64,000 nt of DNA, taken from NCBI GenBank assembly GCA_050952625.1, contig JBMNLH010000001.1:512001-576000 (forward strand), in the 5' to 3' direction. A program made the translations under genes and the position numbers. This document shows, piece after piece, positions 39,703-50,130 of this stretch. Within the stretch, counting starts at the first letter, position 1, and every line of letters begins with the position of its first letter. Source of the DNA: Bacillota bacterium (GTDB lineage Bacteria; Bacillota; Ch66; Ch109). Below the pieces are notes generated by a model. The model saw only the letters and a list, made by a program, of their open reading frames with translations, did not search any database and was not told the origin of the DNA.

Positions 39703-42066
39703 CTAATCATCATCATCGTCGTCATCATCATCATTGTGCCTGTTTTTGTTATTGTTGTTTTTACCGTTGGCCTGGTCTTTATTGTCTGAATTGTTTATCT
39801 CAGAGATAGCTCCGTTACCGCCACGATTCGGATTATATGGATCATGATTGTTTGGCCAAGGCCAAACCGCGTTTGGCCCATGCAGGGTACAGGATTCCCA
39901 GGGCAGATCATCCTCTTTAGGTTCACCCGGCGGGGGTCCTGTCTCAGACCGTTTGACAAATACTTCTGTAATTCTGGTTGGGCAGTAAACCGTCGCCAAC
40001 TTTCCTGACTCCGCGCAAATCTCGGCCTGGACATGCATTGAGCAGACTTCTGTCGGCACTTTTCCCTGGGCAAATATTTCTTTAACTAGGTTCTCAGCCG
40101 GGCAGATACCATTCGATAGCTTGCCGGAAACTTTGCACACAGTCGCCTCGGTTAAACCAGCCGGGACCGGGAAAGAGTGAACCGGAATCCCTTCGTGGGC
40201 TTTGGTCATGACTGCTTTCCAGATGGGACCCGGGTAGTTCCCGCCATAGACGCTTTTCATCGACATGTTTTGGTTATCATAACCCATCCAAACCGCTGCA
40301 GCAAAATCCGGTGTGTATCCGACAAACCAGGCATTCGTATCATCATTAGTGGTGCCAGTTTTTCCAGCCGCTGGTCGACCAAAGGCAGCCCTTGCGCCGG
40401 TGCCTGGCGGGACCATGACACTTTGTAAGAGATGGGTCATCAGGTAAGCACTCTGGGGATCCATGACAACCCGCTGTTGTGGGCGATGCTCATAAATTAT
40501 CTGGCCATCTTTATCGGTTATTTTAGAAATGGCAAATGGTTCATTATATACACCCTGATTAGCAAATACCGCATAGGCAGCGGCCATTTCCAAGGGAGTT
40601 ACCCCATGGGTAAGACCGCCTAGGGCTAGGGAAAGATTAACGTCGTTTTTTGCTCCTTTGGATACCAAGGTCGAAATGCCCATACTTTCAGCAAATTTCA
40701 GTCCTTCAGCCGGGCCAAGGATATCTAGCATTTTGACAGCGTAAGTATTGACAGATAGTTGGACCGCCGTTCGCATTGTTATCGGCCCTAAATACTGATT
40801 GTTATAGTTGCGAGGTGTCCAATTGGTTCCGCCCACTGAATAAGTAACCGGGGAATCTTCTAGTACCGTGCCCGGACCAAAACCCTTGATTAGAGCGGGC
40901 GCGTAAACAGCAATTGGTTTAAATGAGGACCCGGGCTGACGTTTGGCATCAGTCGCTCGATTAAAGCTTCGTTTCTGATCAACTTTGCGACCGCCGACTA
41001 GAGCTTTAATTTCTCCATTTTTGGGATTAACGACCGCAATGGCGGACTGAATAATATGCTCATTTTTACTTGGGGGAAAGTACTTATCTTGCGCATAAAT
41101 ATCTTCCGCGGTTTTTTGGATTTTACTATCCATGGTCGTAAAAATGCGTAAACCATCATGGTACATCGCCTGTTCTGGGTTATCTACTCCGCTTTTTTCC
41201 AGAATATCGACGCCTTCTTCAAAAACATAGTCAATAAAACACTGGTAGGCATTTTTATTAGCAGCCTCCCCTTCTTTTTTAACTAACTTGAAGGGTTCAT
41301 CTTTAGCCTGTTTGGCCTGAGCTTCATTAATATAACCACAGGTCACCATCCGATCTAGAACGGTAGCCTGTCTATCTTTCGCTGCTTCTGGGTGGCGGTA
41401 GGGAGAGTACCGTGCCGGTCCTTTAGCTAGCCCGGCCAGCATGGCACTTTCACCTAGTTCCAGATCTTCCACTTTTTTGCCAAAATAGTACTGAGCTGCT
41501 GCCTGTACGCCATAGGCACCACCGTCAAAGTAAATGCGATTTAAGTACATTTCTAGAATTTCGTCTTTGGTGTATTTCCGTTCCATTTGGACCGCTAGGA
41601 CCAGTTCCTGGATTTTTCGTTCTAATTTCTTTTCTTTGCTTTGATCAAAAAACGCATGATTAACTAACTGGATGGTAATCGTGCTGCCGCCCTCTGAACC
41701 CCAGCCCCCAACAATATTGGCGACAACAGCTCGGGCGATGGCATCTATCCGAAAACCGGGGTGATCATAAAACTTGTCATCCTCTGTGGCGAGAAAAGCA
41801 TTCTTCAAGTGATCCGGCATCCGGCTTAACTTAACTTCTTCCCGGTTTTCAACATAATGTAATCGCGAGACCAATTCGCCCTGGCTATCATAGATAAAAG
41901 TAGATTCAGAGGCATTGAGTTTACTAGGATCCCATGCCGGCATATTCTTGATTGCTCCGACTACATAACCAAGACCTACCCCGCCAAACATAAAGACAAC
42001 CAGCATTAGAACAAGCAAAACAATTCGGCTGGGTTTAAGCTTTCGTTTTGGTCTTTTTTCTTCCAC
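39703..42066 (-). CDS. Class A penicillin-binding protein (PBP1A family)
   Basis: EDDKFYDH, GGSTIT, RKIQE, SSFK, KTGT. Cys-rich and Asn/Asp-rich tail. Confidence 0.93.
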   Translation of the reverse strand: MEEKRPKRKLKPSRIVLLVLMLVVFMFGGVGLGYVVGAIKNMPAWDPSKLNASESTFIYDSQGELVSRLHYVENREEVKLSRMPDHLKNAFLATEDDKFYDHPGFRIDAIARAVVANIVGGWGSEGGSTITIQLVNHAFFDQSKEKKLERKIQELVLAVQMERKYTKDEILEMYLNRIYFDGGAYGVQAAAQYYFGKKVEDLELGESAMLAGLAKGPARYSPYRHPEAAKDRQATVLDRMVTCGYINEAQAKQAKDEPFKLVKKEGEAANKNAYQCFIDYVFEEGVDILEKSGVDNPEQAMYHDGLRIFTTMDSKIQKTAEDIYAQDKYFPPSKNEHIIQSAIAVVNPKNGEIKALVGGRKVDQKRSFNRATDAKRQPGSSFKPIAVYAPALIKGFGPGTVLEDSPVTYSVGGTNWTPRNYNNQYLGPITMRTAVQLSVNTYAVKMLDILGPAEGLKFAESMGISTLVSKGAKNDVNLSLALGGLTHGVTPLEMAAAYAVFANQGVYNEPFAISKITDKDGQIIYEHRPQQRVVMDPQSAYLMTHLLQSVMVPPGTGARAAFGRPAAGKTGTTNDDTNAWFVGYTPDFAAAVWMGYDNQNMSMKSVYGGNYPGPIWKAVMTKAHEGIPVHSFPVPAGLTEATVCKVSGKLSNGICPAENLVKEIFAQGKVPTEVCSMHVQAEICAESGKLATVYCPTRITEVFVKRSETGPPPGEPKEDDLPWESCTLHGPNAVWPWPNNHDPYNPNRGGNGAISEINNSDNKDQANGKNNNNKNRHNDDDDDDDDD

Positions 42067-42234
42067 CCTTTGTTCCCCCTTGTGGACAATAACTCAAATC
42101 TCCAACGACATCTTGGTTAGGCTTATTATAGCATAAACAACAAAAAGGAACACGGTTTGGAAAGAGAACCAAGTCCCTGATTGACTTGAAAAGCCTGGAA
42201 GGTTATGCTATTATGCCCCTGAGGAGGGAGCACT

Positions 42235-43473
42235 GTGGGAGTACAGGTGGATTCAATAGAGCACCAACTAGAGGTGCTGCGCCGAGGCACCGCTGAAATT
42301 ATACCCGAAGACGAATTGATTAATAAACTGGTTAAGTCACGACGGGAAGGAAAACCGTTAAAGGCCAAACTGGGGCTTGACCCAACAGCACCGGATATTC
42401 ATTTGGGACATACCGTGGTTTTAAACAAACTCAGACAGATTCAGGATCTTGGACATCACGTTATCTTGATTATCGGCGATTTTACCGGCCGGATTGGTGA
42501 CCCGAGCGGTCGTTCCGAAACCCGAAAACAGCTGACCGAAGCAGAGGTTTTGGCTAATGCGGAAACCTATAAAGAACAAATCTTTAAGGTATTAGACCCC
42601 AATCGGACCCAGATCGTCTTTAACAGTGAATGGCTGGGGCCGATGACCTTTGCTCAAGTGGTGGAACTGGGAGCTAAGTATACCTTGGCCCGGATGCTAG
42701 AACGGGATGATTTTACCAAACGTTTTAAACAGGGATTGCCGATCAGTATTCATGAGCTTTTTTATCCACTAATGCAGGGATATGATTCAGTCCATTTGCA
42801 GGCAGATATTGAACTTGGCGGAACGGACCAGAAATTTAACCTGTTGGTGGGACGGGCCCTGCAGCGCGAATATGGCCAGGAACCCCAAATTGCCATAACC
42901 ATGCCGATTTTGGAAGGACTGGATGGGGTTCAAAAGATGAGCAAAAGCCTGGGGAATTATGTGGGAGTAAACGAAGCTCCCCGGGAGATGTACGGGAAAA
43001 TTATGTCCCTGCCAGATGAATTAATGCTGCGCTATTTTGAACTGGTTACCCGGGTTCCCCTTAGTGAAATAAACCAGATCGCCCAGGGTTTAGAACAGAG
43101 CACTTTGCACCCCCGGGACGTTAAGATGCGTCTCGCTCGGGAAATTGTCACCATGTATCATGGTTCTGAGGCTGCTCAAGCAGCGGAAGCTGAGTTCCGC
43201 AAGGTTTTTCAACAAGGGGAATTGCCTGATGACCTGCCAGAAGTCTTAGTGCCGGCCAAGGAAATAACAGAAGGTCGGATCTGGATTGGCCGACTGTTGG
43301 TCGTCTTAAATCTGGTACCCAGTACCAGTGAAGCCCGGCGATTGGTGACCCAGGGTGGAGTTCAAATAGATGGACAACGCATTGATGATCCGGCGGCCAA
43401 TGTTTTACTTAAGGACGGAAACGTGGTGCGGGCCGGACGACGGAAATTTGCCCGGGTAAAGCTAGGAAGCTAG
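42235..43473 (+). CDS. tyrS: Tyrosyl-tRNA synthetase
   Basis: [25 protein letters not shown]4 domain. Confidence 0.96.
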   Translation: MGVQVDSIEHQLEVLRRGTAEIIPEDELINKLVKSRREGKPLKAKLGLDPTAPDIHLGHTVVLNKLRQIQDLGHHVILIIGDFTGRIGDPSGRSETRKQLTEAEVLANAETYKEQIFKVLDPNRTQIVFNSEWLGPMTFAQVVELGAKYTLARMLERDDFTKRFKQGLPISIHELFYPLMQGYDSVHLQADIELGGTDQKFNLLVGRALQREYGQEPQIAITMPILEGLDGVQKMSKSLGNYVGVNEAPREMYGKIMSLPDELMLRYFELVTRVPLSEINQIAQGLEQSTLHPRDVKMRLAREIVTMYHGSEAAQAAEAEFRKVFQQGELPDDLPEVLVPAKEITEGRIWIGRLLVVLNLVPSTSEARRLVTQGGVQIDGQRIDDPAANVLLKDGNVVRAGRRKFARVKLGS

Positions 43474-43531
43474 TGGGACAGGGGGATTTGCTGTTGTTAT
43501 AGCCTGTTATCACTGCTTATTGTTTGCTGAC

Positions 43532-44500
43532 TTATGACCGATGATAAAGGGGAACCTTATCCCACATTGATCTGTTTGCCTCAGTCAGATATAGATTACT
43601 CTGGCGGTTATTGCCAACTAGATTTTCCAGATGCCGTTTAAGTCGGGGCTTTAAATCACTTCTTTGCAGAGCAAAGGTTAGATTGGCCATAATAAACCCC
43701 AATTTATCTCCGACATCAAACCGGGTGCCATAAAATTGATAACCGTAAATTTTTTCCTGGTGAGCTAGGATGCAGAGTGAATCAGTAAGCTGGATCTCTC
43801 CCCCGATACCCGGGGAGGCCTTAACCAGCAAGGGAAAGATAGCCGGGGTCAGGATATAGCGGCCAATGATGGCCAAGTCCGAAGGACTCTGTTCAAAGCT
43901 GGGCTTTTCGACTAAATCCCGGATAAGGCAACACGGATATTCATTGGTTTCTGGGTTGATGATCCCATACCGCTGAACATCTTCTAACGGAATCTTTTGG
44001 ACCGCAATTATCGGCGAGTGCAGTTTATCGTACAGGTCTAGCATTTGTTTAAGACAGGGAGTTGAAGCGATCACAATATCATCTGGCAGGAGGACCGCAA
44101 ACGGCTCGTCCCCTACTAGTTCCCAAGCCGAAGCCACCGCATAACCTAAACCTCGGGGGTGTTTCTCTCGGACGAAATGAATCTTGGCTAGATTACTGAT
44201 ACTTTTTATCGCTTCTAGCAAGTCAGTTTTACCTTGATGGCAGAGCCAGGTTTCTAATTCAATTGAACGCGTAAAATAATCTTCGACTATGCCTCTGTCT
44301 TGACGAGTTATAATGATTATTTCGGTTATCCCGGAGGCAACTGCTTCCTCAACTACGTACTGAATTGCCGGTTTATCAACGATGGGCAGCATTTCTTTGG
44401 GCTGAGACTTGGTTGCCGGTAGGAAGCGCGTTCCCCACCCTCCAGCGGGGATAACCGCTTTATGGATAGTCACACCGTTTAGCCCCCTCTCGATCAACAA
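43532..44500 (-). CDS. galU: UTP-glucose-1-phosphate uridylyltransferase
   Basis: KAVIPAGGWGTRFLPATK, PKEMLPIVDKP, VEKP, EIQLTD. Confidence 0.92.
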   Translation of the reverse strand: MLIERGLNGVTIHKAVIPAGGWGTRFLPATKSQPKEMLPIVDKPAIQYVVEEAVASGITEIIIITRQDRGIVEDYFTRSIELETWLCHQGKTDLLEAIKSISNLAKIHFVREKHPRGLGYAVASAWELVGDEPFAVLLPDDIVIASTPCLKQMLDLYDKLHSPIIAVQKIPLEDVQRYGIINPETNEYPCCLIRDLVEKPSFEQSPSDLAIIGRYILTPAIFPLLVKASPGIGGEIQLTDSLCILAHQEKIYGYQFYGTRFDVGDKLGFIMANLTFALQRSDLKPRLKRHLENLVGNNRQSNLYLTEANRSMWDKVPLYHRS

Positions 44501-44860
44501 GAGTTAATTAACCATCCTCACACAAAACCTGCCTTGGGAAGTACCCGGGCAGGTTTAAACGTCAGATTAACCGGATCATATAATGGGGCCAATTGTACCA
44601 GGGTATTCTTCTGATTGTGATTATATAAGCATTTGGTAATTAGCAACAAATTTACATTTTTTGGACGGCATGCCATTATTAAACTATATTTAAAGCATTA
44701 TACTTGATTTCCGGGGTTTTATCAATAGTAATTAGCAGGGAATGGAATTAATGTGTAGAATATATTTGGGAAATAATTTTAAAGAAAGGTGGTGCAGGTC
44801 TGGTTTTCTACCATTGTTAAAATCTAATCGCTTTAATAATGTTATAGAAACCAGAAAACT

Positions 44861-45556
44861 ATGATGGCAGATACTAACAAACCAATCCTAAAGTTTCATG
44901 GACATGGCTGTGTTCAATTAACCAGGGGCAATGTATCTCTTATTGTCGATCCATTTCTGAATGATAATCCGCAGTCTAAAATTCAGGCCTCAGATATTAA
45001 ATGTCAATATGTTCTAGTAACTCATGGTCATTTTGATCACTGTGCTGATGCGGCTCAAATAGTAGATAATAACCGGGCCTTGCTCGTTGGTACTCCGGAG
45101 GTGGCGCGGTATGTAGCTGATCAATGCCACAACCCAATGGTTGAAACCCTTGGTTTTGGGGCAAAAAAGACCTACGACTTTGGTTTCATTCGGGTAACCC
45201 CGGCCTGGCACGGCTCTGGAATCGCCGGGGCACTCCCGTGCGGTTTTATCGTTGGTTTTTATGATAAGGTTGTGTATTTTGCGGGTGATACGGGGCTCTT
45301 TGGTGACATGAAGCTTTTGGGTGAATTGGAAAACATCGACTACGCCGTCTTGCCTATTGGCAACTATTTTACAATGGGCCCAGATGATGCTGTCTTGGCG
45401 GCAGAATTTCTGAAAGCAAAAACAGTAATTCCCATCCACTATAATACTTGGCCGCCTATCGAACAAAATCCCAACGAGTTTGAGCGTAAAATGGCCGCAC
45501 ACAACAACATCGCGGTAATTATTCTTGAACCGGGTGCGGAAGTAGAGTTGACTTAG
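44861..45556 (+). CDS. UPF0173 metal-dependent hydrolase (MBL fold)
   Basis: THGHFDH, AGDTGLF, LPIG..FTMGP, IPIHYNTW. Confidence 0.88.
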   Translation: MMADTNKPILKFHGHGCVQLTRGNVSLIVDPFLNDNPQSKIQASDIKCQYVLVTHGHFDHCADAAQIVDNNRALLVGTPEVARYVADQCHNPMVETLGFGAKKTYDFGFIRVTPAWHGSGIAGALPCGFIVGFYDKVVYFAGDTGLFGDMKLLGELENIDYAVLPIGNYFTMGPDDAVLAAEFLKAKTVIPIHYNTWPPIEQNPNEFERKMAAHNNIAVIILEPGAEVELT

Positions 45557-45717
45557 CCCTGCTCTGGGATGGGATACGGGGATAGGTCAGGACACGGGGA
45601 CAGTCAAGTGTCCCGGGTAGTACTCTGGAATACTAACCCATGTTTTTTACTCGATATTAAGATGTATGAATAAGAGGCACCATCTGTCACTACTCCACAT
45701 ATATTGGGGGTGGAGGG

Positions 45718-46365
45718 GTGACAGCGGTGCCTTGTTTATTGCGTCGAAAAAAACCTAGAACCGGTTATATTTTCATTATCATTCTGAGCTTAGGCTTGAT
45801 TATCGGCAGCCTAATGGTTTTGGAGGGTCTCTTACGGCCGGGGATTAGGATCGCCGCAGAGGTTAAGGCCCGACAAATAGTTGTGTCGGTTATCAACCAA
45901 GCAGTAAAGGAAATAATGGTTGACGAGACGGTTTCCGCTGATTTAGTTGCTATTCATAAAGATAGTCAGGGCCGGGTAGTCCTAATGCAGCCGAATACGG
46001 TAAGGATTAATCGGTTAGTGGCGAATACCACGTTACACGTTCAGGAAGCGTTAAGTGACTTGAGTCAGGAAAGCTTTTCTTTTCCATTAGGGGAAGCAGT
46101 GAATAGTCCCTTGCTTTCCAGTTATGGTCCGGCGATTGATTTGAAACTAAGGCCAACGGGCAGTGCCCGGATTGAGCTTGAAGATCGCTTTGAGGCAGCC
46201 GGGATTAACCAAACCCGGTACTCAATTTATCTTAAGATTGAGAGTGAAGTAGTTCTGTTAACCCCAGTTCTAAGCCAAGATGTTAAAGTGGCGACAACCC
46301 TTCCTTTGACCGAAACAATAATTGTTGGTGAAGTTCCAGCCGCCTACCTTCAGTTCACTAAGTAA
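45718..46365 (+). CDS. yunB: Sporulation protein YunB
   Basis: FPLG, FEAAGINQTR, ETIIVGEVP. Confidence 0.9.
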   Translation: MTAVPCLLRRKKPRTGYIFIIILSLGLIIGSLMVLEGLLRPGIRIAAEVKARQIVVSVINQAVKEIMVDETVSADLVAIHKDSQGRVVLMQPNTVRINRLVANTTLHVQEALSDLSQESFSFPLGEAVNSPLLSSYGPAIDLKLRPTGSARIELEDRFEAAGINQTRYSIYLKIESEVVLLTPVLSQDVKVATTLPLTETIIVGEVPAAYLQFTK

Positions 46366-46476
46366 ACTCGTCCAGCCTCACCGAACATCGAGGCCTCAGG
46401 TTCCTGAAAAAAAGTACAGATAGACCTTCCGTACAAAATATCCTGAAGTACGGGGTGCGATTCACATAGTGAGTAA

Positions 46477-47586
46477 TCAAGAGCAGAGACTTTTGAGTAT
46501 AAAATAAGTGGACACTCCAGCCAAAAACCCGATCGCTGGGCTAAGTGCTATGCTAAGAACAACTACTCCGGCAAAGATAAACAACTCTTGATTATCTTCA
46601 GTTTTGATTGGTTTTATCAGATCTAGTCCACTATAAAAAAGCATCCCGCCTAAAACTGCCGAAGGAATAATCTGCAACATCTGCAAACCGGATGAACCTA
46701 AGAATAACCCGATAAACAGGAGTATCAAGCCGATAATAAAAGTGGAATATCCAGTTCTGGCCCCGAAACGATGATGGGCAGCCAATCCCCCACTGCCGTG
46801 ACATACCGGCACCATGCCCAATGGTGCACCTAGCAGGTTGCCAATCCCCAGAGTCAAACACAGGTTTTTATTGCTGACCCGTTCAGAGGTATCAGGGAAT
46901 AGCTGGCTAGCTAAAAAAGTAGTGACCAAGACAGAATTGGTTAAAGTTAGCGGCAATTGAGGCAGGGCAGCTTGAAAGAAGCCTCGGTAAAAATCATTCC
47001 AACCGGGCAACACCGGGTGGGGCAGGTTAAAGGCCCAATGTAAAGAGAGACGGCTGAGTTCCGGATGCAGGATGAATGATAAGGCCGTGCCCAAGACAAG
47101 GGCAACGATAGAGGCCGGAAAACGGCGATTCTTCATCAAGACTAGCATTATTAATAGAATGAGTATGCCTATTAGCCAATCACTGCTCACCATTTTCATA
47201 CCTAACATGGCTAAGCTAATGCCTAATCCGGTCTGAATACCAATAGTGACACTGGTAGGGGTGATCCTGGCCAATTTTTCGATCAGGCCGGTCACGGCAA
47301 TTATTAGCAGTAGCACACCAATTAAAATACCGGACGCCGCAATTTCTGCGGCTGTAAGATGATGGATAATAATAGCCGCCCCAACTACCTTCATGGGTTG
47401 AACCGGGATGGGCACCCGATAAAACCAAGCTGTGGCAAGATACATCAAGCCAAACATGACTAAGACGCTGGTTACATCCAAATTAGCGATGGTAATTGCT
47501 CCGATGACATAAGGAAGAAAAGTACCCAAATCGCCAACGGAACCGGCTAATTCACCACTTATATTATTTACTTTCGGTAATTTCAT
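46477..47586 (-). CDS. Putative sulfate/molybdate transporter (MOT1 family)
   Basis: ELAGSVGDLGT.LP, PVQPMK, CHGSGGLAAHHRFGART. Confidence 0.88.
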   Translation of the reverse strand: MKLPKVNNISGELAGSVGDLGTFLPYVIGAITIANLDVTSVLVMFGLMYLATAWFYRVPIPVQPMKVVGAAIIIHHLTAAEIAASGILIGVLLLIIAVTGLIEKLARITPTSVTIGIQTGLGISLAMLGMKMVSSDWLIGILILLIMLVLMKNRRFPASIVALVLGTALSFILHPELSRLSLHWAFNLPHPVLPGWNDFYRGFFQAALPQLPLTLTNSVLVTTFLASQLFPDTSERVSNKNLCLTLGIGNLLGAPLGMVPVCHGSGGLAAHHRFGARTGYSTFIIGLILLFIGLFLGSSGLQMLQIIPSAVLGGMLFYSGLDLIKPIKTEDNQELFIFAGVVVLSIALSPAIGFLAGVSTYFILKSLCS

Positions 47587-47700
47587 TTAATCCAAATCCT
47601 TTTGTATACCCGTATTTTCTAGTTGATCTATTATAACCTGGAGACAGCTGCTGGAGATCTAAGACAGATGATTAAATTTCGGGTACGGGCGCACCCTTAT

Positions 47701-47736
47701 TAATAAATACGGCGATGAAATCGCCGTATTTATTTT
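47701..47736. terminator. Hairpin terminator after the small Cys-rich gene
   Basis: AATAAATACGGCGAT-GAA-ATCGCCGTATTTATT. Confidence 0.7.
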
Positions 47737-47765
47737 GGTTTGCTTACTAAGTAATGATTACTTAA

Positions 47766-47897
47766 TTATTCTTCTTTTTGTTGGCAGGTGCACGTATTCC
47801 CTTTGCCGTGGCATTCTTCGATTTGTTCCGGACTACATTCGCCCGGCTTTCCTTGAAGTTTTTCCGGGTGTAGACAAATACTATCTTGTTGGCACAT
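47766..47897 (-). CDS. 43-aa Cys/His-rich small protein
   Basis: MCQQDSICLHPEKLQGKPGECSPEQIEECHGKGNTCTCQQKEE with perfect SD AAAGGAGGTGA. Not in the ORF track. Confidence 0.8.
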   Translation of the reverse strand: MCQQDSICLHPEKLQGKPGECSPEQIEECHGKGNTCTCQQKEE

Positions 47898-47992
47898 GAA
47901 TATCACCTCCTTTCTTTAAAAAACTCAGCAATCGGTTTTTGCCGTGACAGCACCACTAATCAGTAGGGAGGTGTATCCGACTAATCTGATTA

Positions 47993-49126
47993 TTATTTAA
48001 CTTGATTAATCACCGCCATGCACCCCTGGTTATAGAGATTCCGGGCAAAGCACTCAATACAGATATCCGCCCCGGTCGTTGTATGCGGAAACATGCTGCG
48101 GCTGCCAACTGCTATTCTTTTAATCCCCATCTGCGCGCCAATCGTATCCGTCGGAATATCCCGAAAATAACCAGAAAACGGGTAGGGTTTGTTTTCATCG
48201 TCATCCTCATAATAAAGGTAACCCTGAGGATAAGCCAAAAAGTGGTGCTTACCCATATACATGGCAAAAAACTGTAATTCGCCTTGCTCGTAGTGATACC
48301 AATCAACACGGTTATTACAGCGGGTAAAGGGTAGCGGAAAATCTTCCTCGCCCACTCCCTCAATCACGATCAAGGCAATCTTTTTCTGGGGAAGATTTTG
48401 TTCAATTAAGCCTCGAATCCCCGTAAGCTCAGCAGCTTGACCCAAATCAGTGGCAATCGGAATGTAAGCGTTGTGGGCCGGGATATTCACGGGTCTGCGC
48501 AGGGTTGTGCCGGGAACCTTATAAGTATAGCCTTCTTGAGCCACCACAAAATACTCCGGTAGCCGGGACGCCTCCGCCACGGTTCCCTCAAAAACTTCTA
48601 AGAGTTCCTTCTTGGTTACGACCCTCTGGATCTGAGGCAGACTGGCAATATACTTTAGATCTCTCTCACTGGCATGATGTAAACCCGCATAGCTGGCGGT
48701 CCAATTACTGGCGGCGGCCAGTCCGTCTAAATGACTAAAATCAATATACCCTCGGAGGGGGACTAAACCGCCTGTGCCAACAATAACCGGGGTAAATCCC
48801 GAACTGTGAACAAACCGGTCAATCTCCTGAAACACCGCCTCTATAATTTGCCGTTTATTTTCAGCCGATGTCTTGTAGAAACGAAACTGAAAGTAGGGTA
48901 AGCCGTAACTGATAAACGCGAATTGCGGATCATACTTGTCGATCAGATTCAGGGTGGTATCGGTTACCCAGGCATTGGTGGCCATTTCCACATCTCCGGG
49001 AAAAGGGTGCTTTGCCAGGATTCCTTTGACCATCTCAACGGTTGGGTCGTTCGTTTCAACCTTTTGGCCGGTCTTCAGGTCGAAAACCCTTTGCCATTCC
49101 CTAGCGTCAATTATGCCGATACTCAT
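47993..49126 (-). CDS. Hypothetical protein, possibly a permuted alkaline-phosphatase-superfamily fold
   Basis: ATG 49126 overlaps the radical SAM TGA, with SD GGAGGTG. Fold is inferred from motif resemblance only. Confidence 0.7.
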   Translation of the reverse strand: MSIGIIDAREWQRVFDLKTGQKVETNDPTVEMVKGILAKHPFPGDVEMATNAWVTDTTLNLIDKYDPQFAFISYGLPYFQFRFYKTSAENKRQIIEAVFQEIDRFVHSSGFTPVIVGTGGLVPLRGYIDFSHLDGLAAASNWTASYAGLHHASERDLKYIASLPQIQRVVTKKELLEVFEGTVAEASRLPEYFVVAQEGYTYKVPGTTLRRPVNIPAHNAYIPIATDLGQAAELTGIRGLIEQNLPQKKIALIVIEGVGEEDFPLPFTRCNNRVDWYHYEQGELQFFAMYMGKHHFLAYPQGYLYYEDDDENKPYPFSGYFRDIPTDTIGAQMGIKRIAVGSRSMFPHTTTGADICIECFARNLYNQGCMAVINQVK

Positions 49127-50130
49127 CAAGACACCTCCCTGGAGTGCCAATTGATTTTTTGGCCATGCAGTTTAATTTCCCGACCACAGGTTGGACATTT
49201 ATTCTCTAAGCACGAAAACTTAGCCAGTCGGTCTCCGCCGCAGCCAAGGCTCAATCGCTCAATCACCTCGGTCCCGCAGTCCGGGCAAATAGTGTTGACC
49301 CAATCGGAACCGACAAAGTTATGAAAATAGACGTATTGAAGTTTTTCTCTGACCAATTGCAAAACATCGTTAATCCGGTCAATGCTCGGATATTCAAATT
49401 CTTTCATCTTATACTCGGGCAGCAGACGGAAAACGTGAAAAGGTATCTCTCGATCAATTCCAGCCAGAAAAGTGGTCATTTCCTCAAGTTCGTGATCATT
49501 AATGGTTTGAATTATCGGCACGGTAACCTCAAGATGGTTGGTCGCGGCTAAACGCCGGATATTTCGCAAGACCGGTTCTCCGTTCTTTATCCCGATATAA
49601 TCGCGGTAAAATTCTGGAGACATCCCTTTAAGGCTAATATTAATGAAAGAAAAAATGCCGGCGATGATCTCCGTGGCCTCTTCCGTCATATAGGCATTAG
49701 TCAAACACCCCATAGGCATTCCAATGTCACGAGCAACTTGACTGACTTCAATCAGTGAAGGCAGTGAGACGGTAGGTTCATTAACGTTGAAGACTATATT
49801 ATGACAGCCTTGTTTTTGGGCCATTTTTACCAATTCTGCCGGGGTAAATTCAAACATGCCTTCCTGCTGTTTAGCCGGGTCTTCTTTGGCGACATAGGCA
49901 TTTGAACAATAGCGGCAAGCAAAATTACAGCTGCTGGTGCCAATGACCATACTGCGGCTGCCCGGATAGGCGTGATAGAAAGGGATAGATTCGATCTTGG
50001 AAATATTACAGGTTGACCATCGATTGGGAAAACGCTCCTTAACAAGTCCATTTTCCCCATAATACATTTTACAAACGCCAAATTTGCCTTCGTTTAATTC
50101 ACACCGCCATTCACAATAATTACATTGCAC
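49126..50130 (-). CDS. Radical SAM enzyme (AmmeMemoRadiSam/PflX-like)
   Basis: CNFACRYC motif, N-terminal CxxC..C..C, NEPT, C-terminal CPDC/CPTC. Confidence 0.9.
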   Translation of the reverse strand: MQCNYCEWRCELNEGKFGVCKMYYGENGLVKERFPNRWSTCNISKIESIPFYHAYPGSRSMVIGTSSCNFACRYCSNAYVAKEDPAKQQEGMFEFTPAELVKMAQKQGCHNIVFNVNEPTVSLPSLIEVSQVARDIGMPMGCLTNAYMTEEATEIIAGIFSFINISLKGMSPEFYRDYIGIKNGEPVLRNIRRLAATNHLEVTVPIIQTINDHELEEMTTFLAGIDREIPFHVFRLLPEYKMKEFEYPSIDRINDVLQLVREKLQYVYFHNFVGSDWVNTICPDCGTEVIERLSLGCGGDRLAKFSCLENKCPTCGREIKLHGQKINWHSREVS

